A DNA stretch of 64,000 nucleotides from Fimbriosthenelais zetlandica. Its lineage: Eukaryota. The notes beneath the pieces were generated by a model, which saw nothing but the letters and a program-made list of their open reading frames with translations, had not been told where the DNA came from and made no database searches. Both the position numbers and the translations under genes were made by a program. Location: assembly GCA_977030845.1 (NCBI GenBank), contig OZ365116.1, forward strand, positions 18,476,001 to 18,540,000, read 5' to 3'. Positions 55,989 through 64,000 of this stretch are shown piece after piece (the stretch's first letter is position 1; each line of letters begins with the position of its first letter).

Positions 55989-57472
55989 TTAAACTCTGGA
56001 TACAATTATTAACTTATTTTCACACCAATCCAAGCTTAAATTCAACTTGGAAATTTAAAAATTAAACGTATCCTAATTAGTCAGGCTAGGTCTGCTGATG
56101 GTGCTTTAGCTTCTCCCCATGTTTGATGTTTATGAGGTTGGGGGGAGGAGGGGTCGGGGTCCCACCAGGACTAGATTAGCTCCTTAACGTAACAAACCAT
56201 GGCCTGTTTCATAATATTAACCCAGACTTATGAAACAGGCCTCAACACTACAGGACTCCATCTCGTGCCTGTACTTTATATAATCATCCTCAAATACTTG
56301 ATACAGAATATGACAACTATCTTGCTATACAAATACATTTTTTCTTTTTTTTATGTACCTTTTCTAAAAATCTTATATTTATTCAATCCGCAAAGAAGCG
56401 ACCATGATAATGAGTTCACAAACATGACTGATAGATTCACAATAGAGAAATATTTAATTATAAATCCGTGTACATACATATAGATCTATACATCGGACTT
56501 CGCCTAGGCTTTTTTGGTTGTAACAAGCCTAGGAAAAATCCATAACAGCGAACGAAAAACACAATTTAGGTGTTTCTACCACCCGGTGTACTCACTTTTT
56601 ATAGGCGTTTTATAAAATGTTGCGACAGTAAACCGCTTTGCCGTGTTCGCATCGTAAGATAACGCGTCTTCTGCCCGCTTGTTTCACTACGTTTCAAACC
56701 ATCATTAAATCCGCGTGTACCTTAACTTGGCTGTGTATAATCAAGTTAAGTAGTACCACTCTTTACCGTTGCTTTCTTTGATAATTTTCATCTCAAAATT
56801 TACGGTTTAATTTAGTTTTATATTTCTTGTCGCCTTTTCGTAGCCTTATCGCGATTGTTTAACTCGCGTTTTTCATCCATACCGCCCCTCCTCGTCCAGT
56901 GTTTGTCCCATTTTACGAGTTTGTCTCATTTCTGTCCCGTGTTATTTAATTTCCTCACGGGTAAGTTGAGACTTATTAATCAAAATGAGTTTCATTTCGT
57001 TTCAATCTTTCACTTTATGAAATAATTGATAAAAATTGTAGATACTGTAGTTTATACTGTAGATTCCGTGATTAGAATTAAAATGAAATTATGAATTACT
57101 AGTTTAAAATTTCATCTATCATTTTGTACTTTAAATTTTGAATTTCAAGTTTAAATTATACATTGTACTGTTTAATGCTCTATATTGTATTAAAATGTTA
57201 GTAATCCATTTATGTTGCAGCTATTTAATTTTAAATAATACAATCCGATGTAAATTTAATGAGTTTCATTTAAAATAATCTAAAGAATTACAAATATATA
57301 ATCTAGCATATCAGAAACATTTCGGATTAGACTTTAAACAACTTCAAAATTTAGACTATCAGCATTTACAAGTAGAGCTCTTTGATTTTTTATTTCACCT
57401 GTTTATCTTAAAACAAGTGATCAACTGTACTGTTTAGGTGCTTATATGAATCTGTTATTTGTTGTCTTGTCC

Positions 57473-57529
57473 TGTGTACCATGCTGTGTACCATGCTGTG
57501 TACCATGCTGTGTACCATGCTGTGTACCA
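57473..57529. repeat. 12-bp tandem repeat (tgtgtaccatgc) x~5
   Basis: Directly visible; it produces the spurious VPCC and LCTM ORFs. Confidence 0.9.
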
Positions 57530-57746
57530 TTCTGTATTGTCCTGTATTGTCCTTGTTTAATGTTTGGCTGTGTGGCCTTTCTGTGTCTCCATTTTCTCTG
57601 GCCCATCTGGTACTCTTTCTCCTGTATTTTTATCTTCCTAGTCTTTCTTCTTTACACCCCTTCTCTTCTCTGTGGCCCCCCTTCTCTACTCTGTGGGCCC
57701 CCTTCTCTTCTCTATGGCCCCTTCTCTTCCCTGGTGGCCCTTGTCT

Positions 57747-57855
57747 GCCCCTTAAATTGTCACCGCTCTGCCCCTTAAATTGTCCCCCTTCTACCCCTTA
57801 AATTGTCACCGCTCTGCCCCTTAAATTATCCCCCTTCTGCCCCTTAAATTGTCCG
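57747..57855. repeat. 23-bp tandem repeat x5 with two alternating variants
   Basis: ccccttaaattgtcaccgctct alternates with ccccttaaatt(g/a)tcccccttct. Confidence 0.85.
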
Positions 57856-60666
57856 GGACCGCCTTTAATTATTAGTCCCTGTAGAGTGGGTCCGGGGGAG
57901 GGGCACATTCAACCAAGGTGGGGTTCGATGCTGTAACCAAGGTAGGGCGTCATAATCCATTGTTACTTATTAATTTATTATGAAATAGGCCCAGGTGAAG
58001 TGGTAGCTATAATATACAAATGTTTTGAAAATTGAATTTGCAAGTTACTTGAAATTAAAAAGAAATTGTATTTATTTATTAATGTATGATTTCAGGTATT
58101 GGTGGCTGTTGCCATGGTGATGTGTTGGTTGTTGTTGCCATGGTGATATTGGTTCTGCTGTAGTTTTTCTCTTGTGGATGGAAACTACTCAAGGTATCCA
58201 GGTATGGATACATGTCATTGTACATGTTCCGAATGTATAAGAGTAGGTTTACATTTTAGTTGTAAATTAGTGGAGTATTCATTTCTCTATTTGCTAGTAA
58301 TTCATTGCCGGTCAGTGTTAATTAGCCTCGTTCGTGTAATAATTTTATTGTTTTCAGGGCGTGTGGTGACATCTAGCGGCGTGGTGTGAGTGGTCCTCTG
58401 ATTGACACACGAGATGTGTACTCCTGGCGGCAACGGCTGAACTAAACTCGTATATGATAGATCACAAAACTTGTGATAGCGATGGAAATTTTAAAACCTT
58501 AAAAGATATCCTTGTTTGTTTGTATGTTTGTTTGTTTGTATTTGTATGTTAGATTCTGTTAAGAAAGTTCCCTTTCAGCAATACAAATTTGAAACATTTG
58601 ATTTAACTAACTTTTCGGTCTGGAGACCGAATATTTTAAGGTGACTGCCGACAAGTTCTCCTTGACAGGATGGTGAGAGGAGAGTGATGGCCCATTCATG
58701 AAGACACTGCACCCTCCACATCACCTGTATCTCTGGGAGTCAAGCAGATAATAGATAGGGGAATTATATGCTCAACCCAAGGTAAGCAAATAGCATTGGT
58801 ATTTGATTTTCTGAATCAAATAGCATTGGTATTTGATTTTCTGAATATTCATAGTTTCTGAATATGCATATTCAGTTCTAATATCTTGAACTAATTTCAG
58901 TGAAGCTGACCAGTTCAGAGTGATCAAGTTTGTCATCAAGTGCTTTGGACTTCCTTTCTTCAGGGATTCCTTGTATGAGTATCAAATTGAATTATACAAG
59001 GAAATGAAGTAAGCTTTTATAAATATTAACTTAGCCCCTGGTAATATATATTATGGTCATAATTCCCTCGATTTATTGCATTATTTTATATGAACATTCG
59101 TTTGATAAGAGCTTGAAATCAACCAGCTAAATATCATCTAGACAATTTGTGAGGGGTTAATTGCCTTCAGCAACTCGTATCCATGGACAACTGGGGACTA
59201 GTGGAAGCGATGTTAGATCTTGTTCAATGAGGAGACACTATATCCATAGTTTACACCCTAGGTATCATTTAGCCAGAGTTAATTTACAATGGTGAGGTGA
59301 CGGTCCCTAGGTCTCAATTAGCCAGGGAGTTATCAACCTCCTCATGTGCAAGTTCTACTGTCGTTTCTCTGGTTTCCATTTGTCATATAATTTGCATCAA
59401 CTTTCTCTGGCCCAAATTCTAACTTAAGTCTCAAGCTCTTATCATATTGTTTGTTCTTACCAAATTGAATTTACCTTCTGAATTGAACATTTTAGATCAT
59501 TTTATGAATCTCATGTGTGTTGAGTATCTTTTCAGTGATTTATGAGGGGAACGTTTCTGGTGATCTGCTATATGGACCTTGATCAACCACAGATGTGACT
59601 GGACGATTGGAACGCTTGACTAGATGATAGGAACACCTGACTAGATGATAGGAACACCTGACGACATGATTGGAACACTTGAATGGACGGTTGGAACACT
59701 AGCAAAAAGTCACCCAAGGTAAGCTCAGCAGATCTGCTTCAGAATAATCCCTTATGCCTCAAATCACTTTAAATTCTCCTGAATCAATAACATTGCATTT
59801 TTTAGTTCTATGATTTTGATTTTAGAGATGTCCTCAATCAGCCATAGATGTGATGATCTATAGACTCTCCACTAGCGATCTATGATGTGATGAATGATTG
59901 GAATACTAGCACTGATACGACTTCTAGTACCGGCCCCCTTTATATGGAAGACGATTGAGATGCTGTATTTATATTATAAATGTTAAAATTGAATCTAATT
60001 TGTAAATCGAATGCTAGATGTTTCATTTGTAAAAGTAGCTTCTCAGACACAGGCACGAGTATCCGACAAAATGTAGACACTCCTGTGTACAGAAAATGGT
60101 GCAATAGTACTACAAGTTTGGGTATTTTTTCATAGCATTTTCTTCATTTTTGGTTTTACATGCATACATGTACATAAACCATCTGACTCCCACGCTCCGA
60201 TTCCAATGCCTGTCTGCCCTCTGACTCACTTAACACTTGTTGAAAGGTTACGTTAAAAAACCATCAACAATTACAATCTAACACTTACTAACTACTAACA
60301 TATAATCAATTAACATTAACCAAGTCAGAGGGCTGCCAGGCTAGGATGAGAGGCTATTTAACTCCTATCCCCACTTCTCCCAGACCATCCCAATCTCTCC
60401 CCTTCTCCCCCATGTATGTAAAACTAAAATGAAGAAACATTTTATGTAGAATCAAAACTTATCATGATGTGGGCACTTCTATCTTTACATATGCGGTCAA
60501 TAATTAATATTTAATAGAAACAATTATTTAATAGATCGCATTTTTGACAAAATTAATGCACCTAAGTTTGTCCATAAGAGTGCCTGCAATTTGAAGAATT
60601 ATACACATCTTTCAAAGATGGTTTAGCTTTTTGTTTTCTTGTGAGGATTTAAATCAAACTTATCAT

Positions 60667-61193
60667 TTAAATCCATATGACAATATATATAAGTTATATC
60701 TTCAGATATCATATTGTTATATGGATTTAAGTTATATCTTCAGATATCATATTGTCTTATGGATTTAAGTTATATCTTAAGATATTATATATTTTCATAT
60801 GGATTTAAGTTATTTCTTCAGATATCATATTGTCATATGGATTTAAGTTATATCTTCAGATATCATATTGTCTTATGGATTTAAGTTATATCGTCAGGTA
60901 TCATATTGTCATATGGATTTAAGTTATATCTTAAGATATCATATTGTCATATGGATTTAAGCTATATCTTCAGATATCATATTGTCTTATGGATTTAAGT
61001 TATATCGTCAGGTATCATATTGTCATATGGATTTAAGTTATATCTTAAGATATCATATTGTCATATGGATTTAAGCTATATCTTCAGATATCATATTGTC
61101 TTATGGATTTAAGTTATATCGTCAGGTATCATATTGTCATATGGATTTAAGTTATATCTTAAGATATTATATATTTTCATATGGATTTAAGTT
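60667..61193. repeat. 38-bp minisatellite, about 13 units, with a 3-unit higher-order period and an inverted partial unit at the left end
   Basis: Consensus atggatttaagttatatcttcagatatcatattgtcat. The variants cttcag/cgtcagg/cttaag cycle three times. 60667-60686 is the reverse complement of the unit core. Confidence 0.95.
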
Positions 61194-61857
61194 GAGATGT
61201 AATAGATAGAGACATAATATAAACGCTAGTGCTTGTTCTGCGATAGGCCTACTTTTGTAATCTCCTCACAGAGATAGTATGATGCTATTAGTCATGATAA
61301 TTTTATAGTCTCATTTCCGCATCATTGTTACAATATAATATGATTAATGTTTTTATGATTAATATCCCGTACTGTCTTTTTATATTACTTGAAAGTCTTT
61401 TAGGGTGATCGCTAAAATTAGAACAAAACATAGGCCTAATTGAACATTTTGGGTTTTTGTATATTTTTGTTAATGTATGCGAGGTTTTAGTTAAAATGTT
61501 ATTATATGAACTGATATGGTTGAACATGTAAATAATTATGCAATTATGCAACTATGTAATCAATTAATTAATTGAATTATATCGACCACCACACTGTAAT
61601 GTGGAAATGGTTGAATACTTGATCGTGTCGTATGTACAAAAACATTCCTCAGAAACAATTAACAGGGACCTAAAACTAATAAATATTGTAAAATCAACTG
61701 TTTTCGGTGAATATTGTCATGTGTAGTTATTTAATAAAGCCTGACCAGCTATCCCACCATACATCAGAAACCTAGATCTTTAATAGAGTACTTATAAATG
61801 TGAATATTCACATTATTAACATCTTTATTTTGAGAACTCCCCAGCCATAGACATACC

Positions 61858-62445
61858 AGTATTCGAACCCGGGTCCCTCCGATTGGGAATGCAACTAGGC
61901 TAAACACCAGGGGCAGTCACTGTGCAATCTACGTCCCTTTTGTAATCCACCTGACCCGGAAGAAAAAAAAACAACCACGAGCGGGACTCGAACCATCCAC
62001 CTTCCAATAGGGAAGCCAACGCCCTACCAACTAAGCTATCAAGACTTGCACTCCCCGAGCATGCACCCCATCCCTCATATGCTAGTAATATGTAATCCTA
62101 GCCAGAGCTCGGCCTGAAGACTCCAAATACGGAGGATCTACTCTGACCACTAGAATGTGGCGCCATCTGACGGGAAACTACCGCTACTAGGCTAAACACC
62201 AGGTGGCAGTGCAGTCTACGTCCCTTTTGTAACCCACCTGACAAGAAAAAGATCAACCACGACTGGGACTCGAACCAAACAACTTCCGAATGGAAAGCCA
62301 ACGCCATACCAACTAATCTATCAAGACGGGTACTATCCAAGCATGCACCCCACCCCTCATAAGCTTTATGTAATCCTAGGCCTGAAGACTCCAAACACGG
62401 AGGACCTGGCCACTAGAATGTGGCGTCATCTGACGGGAAACTGAG
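61858..62445 (-). mobile_element. Two tandem ~290-bp tRNA-derived (SINE-like or pseudo-tRNA) units plus a partial unit
   Basis: The minus strand shows an A box (TAGCTTAGTTGG or TAGATTAGTTGG) and B box GGTTCGAGTCC at 61973-62044 and 62255-62326, each followed by an oligo-T run. The acceptor and anticodon stems do not pair. Unit marker actaggctaaacaccagg is at 61894 and 62186. Confidence 0.65.
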
Positions 62446-62828
62446 TGAGCTGATAGCGCCCCGTACCACGACACCACCCGCGGCATAAGTGTGAACTATC
62501 GCTCAGTGCTAACTCTATGGAATAAGGGTTATCAACCCTTTTATCAAATATTCAGCAGTTGCCTAGCGTCAGACGCCATGTATGCAGGTTTATATACATT
62601 TTATCTATTCATATTATCGTATTTTGACTCCATCGAAGTGTATTTTCTCTCGGACAACACTCTTTGTATTATACTCCTTTTCGTCAGTGCGAATCCAACG
62701 AGAACAAATTTTAGGCAACATTTATAAAACATTTAGCCATTTGTATACCTCCAACTACATGAGTCAAGAGCGGGTCGTTTTAAGTCGGGCCAAAGACTCC
62801 CCGAGCCATAGAAACACAGACAGGATTT

Positions 62829-64000
62829 ACCGTGATACATGAGCCCTTGTTAATAGATTGATTATAAATTGATAGATTGTGTAACATATTAGACAGCTAA
62901 TATGTAAATATTTGGATAGCAGGTGGGCAGTGTAAAGAATCAGTGAAAAGTAAAGAAGGTATAGAAGGAAACAATCATAGGCCTACCACGCTCTGATTCT
63001 CATAAAATTTTAGATCTCAATTTTCTCCGTTGCTGGTGGATGAGCATCTAGGTCAGATTAAACCTAGGTTTTTCTGTGATATGAAGAATAAAATGAGACT
63101 CACACTCATCATGTGTTGTTGTGTATAGAGAACATCACCTACTCGGGATGTTTTACTCCATAGATTGGAGTGGGCTTCAGGCAGATATACATACCTATAC
63201 AATCAATGTACACACAATGAAGGAGGATAATTATGTAAGAATGCCTTGATATGATTCGAGTTTATATTTTCGATATATTCAGGGGGCGGGAAGTATGACT
63301 AGGGAAGGCATTTAAAATCATAATGAAATGATCCTCTATCGCTTCTTATTTCTGTGTTCCTGAAGTACCGATGACAACTCATAATAAAAGGACTACTTTA
63401 TATATATATTTGTTTGTGAATTTGTATGTTTCAGTAAGAAGTTAACAGCCTGATATCCAATATAAGTGAGAAGAGCATCATGGATTTATCATCAGCTGGG
63501 TTACGAACTGTCTTCATCATCTGTCTTATTTGTAAGTAGGCCTGTGTCAGAAATGTCTCATATCAGATAAGCCTACAGATACATATAAATATCATTCCAC
63601 AATTTCAATATATAATTTTCTACCACTCCGGCACTCAATATGAGATCGGTTTTTATCACGAGTCGATGTCTAATATAATATTAAAGAGGCAACATTAATG
63701 TCCTTGTGCATGATCTTTTTCATTTGCAGGCTTGATATCAATGGTACAAGGCCAAGGGCAAGGCGCTGGTAAGGCTGCTGGTGGGGTGCCTAACACGAGA
63801 CCTGGCCAAGGAGGTGACGACCCTAGCGCCATCTGGACCATTATATCTCAAACAGGACCATTTGCTGATCCCGACGACCCTGTTTGTAATCTCAGTCATC
63901 ACAACTGTTCCAGTCAAACACTCATGCCAGACCCTTCTAATTGTAATTTTTATCAAGAATGCGTCTTCAACCGTTGGATTAAAAGGCCCTGTATCCCTGG
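62829..64000 (+). other. Inverted, diverged segmental duplicate of ~21095-23149 (upstream region and exons 1-2 of the adhesion GPCR)
   Basis: Long reverse-complement identity, e.g. 62881 gtaacatattagacagctaatatg vs 23073-23097. The copy lacks ~22245-22745 and carries small indels. Confidence 0.95.
63480..64000 (+). CDS. 5' part of a paralog of the chitin-binding adhesion GPCR (or a truncated chitin-binding protein); runs off the window
   Basis: Exon 1 63480-63531 (MDLSSAGLRTVFIICLI, gtaagt donor). Exon 2 from 63730 stays open to the window end: LISMVQGQGQGAGKAAGGVPNTRPGQGGDDPSAIWTIISQTGPFADPDDPVCNLSHHNCSSQTLMPDPSNCNFYQECVFNRWIKRPCIP. Confidence 0.75.

Larger units (their letters stand above)
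56900..59990 (+). ncRNA. Putative multi-exon non-coding transcript or decayed gene
   Basis: GC-richer blocks bounded by strong splice signals: cacgg|gtaagt (about 56960); ttcag| at about 58096, 58358, 58900 and 59535; gacag| at about 58669; caag|gtaagc (about 58781, 59718); gaa|gtaagc (about 59009). No continuous reading frame. No expression evidence. Confidence 0.35.

Noticed and set aside
57446-57801. Cys-rich, metallothionein- or membrane-like ORFs (VPCC repeats)
   Set aside because: Artefacts of 12-bp and 23-bp tandem repeats.
60690-61193. CRISPR-like array (38-bp palindromic repeats)
   Set aside because: Units are head-to-tail with no unique spacers, there are no cas genes, and the context is eukaryotic; it is a minisatellite.
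61973-62326. Functional tRNA genes
   Set aside because: A and B boxes are present, but the acceptor and anticodon stems do not pair and no anticodon can be assigned.
63822-63840. CTCF-like motif or foreign filler at the deletion junction (cctagcgccatctgg)
   Set aside because: It matches 21421-21407 of the parent exon, so it is retained coding sequence.

Overview
AT-rich, intron-rich genomic DNA from an invertebrate animal (GT-AG introns; no prokaryotic features). I built three multi-exon genes by hand, and each closes in frame. (1) A GAS2-like actin/microtubule linker (+, 3801-7565). (2) A 21-exon, ~2056-aa adhesion GPCR (-, 11232-22040) whose ectodomain is signal peptide + four chitin-binding type-2-like (CBM14/peritrophin-A) domains + mucin stalk + HormR + GAIN/GPS, followed by 7TM and a long tail. 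(3) A TRPA1-type channel (+, 34170-49250) with about 17 ankyrin repeats and a pair of mutually exclusive duplicated exons. An inverted, diverged copy of the 5' end of the adhesion GPCR gene starts at about 62829 and runs off the window end; it has lost the first chitin-binding domain through frame-preserving deletions. Region 51-62 kb holds a non-autonomous Harbinger-like element, several tandem repeats, a possible spliced non-coding transcript, a 38-bp minisatellite and tRNA-derived repeats. The most notable signal is the chitin-binding adhesion GPCR, present as an inverted pair bracketing TRPA1. All domain calls are from motif recognition by eye, not database searches.
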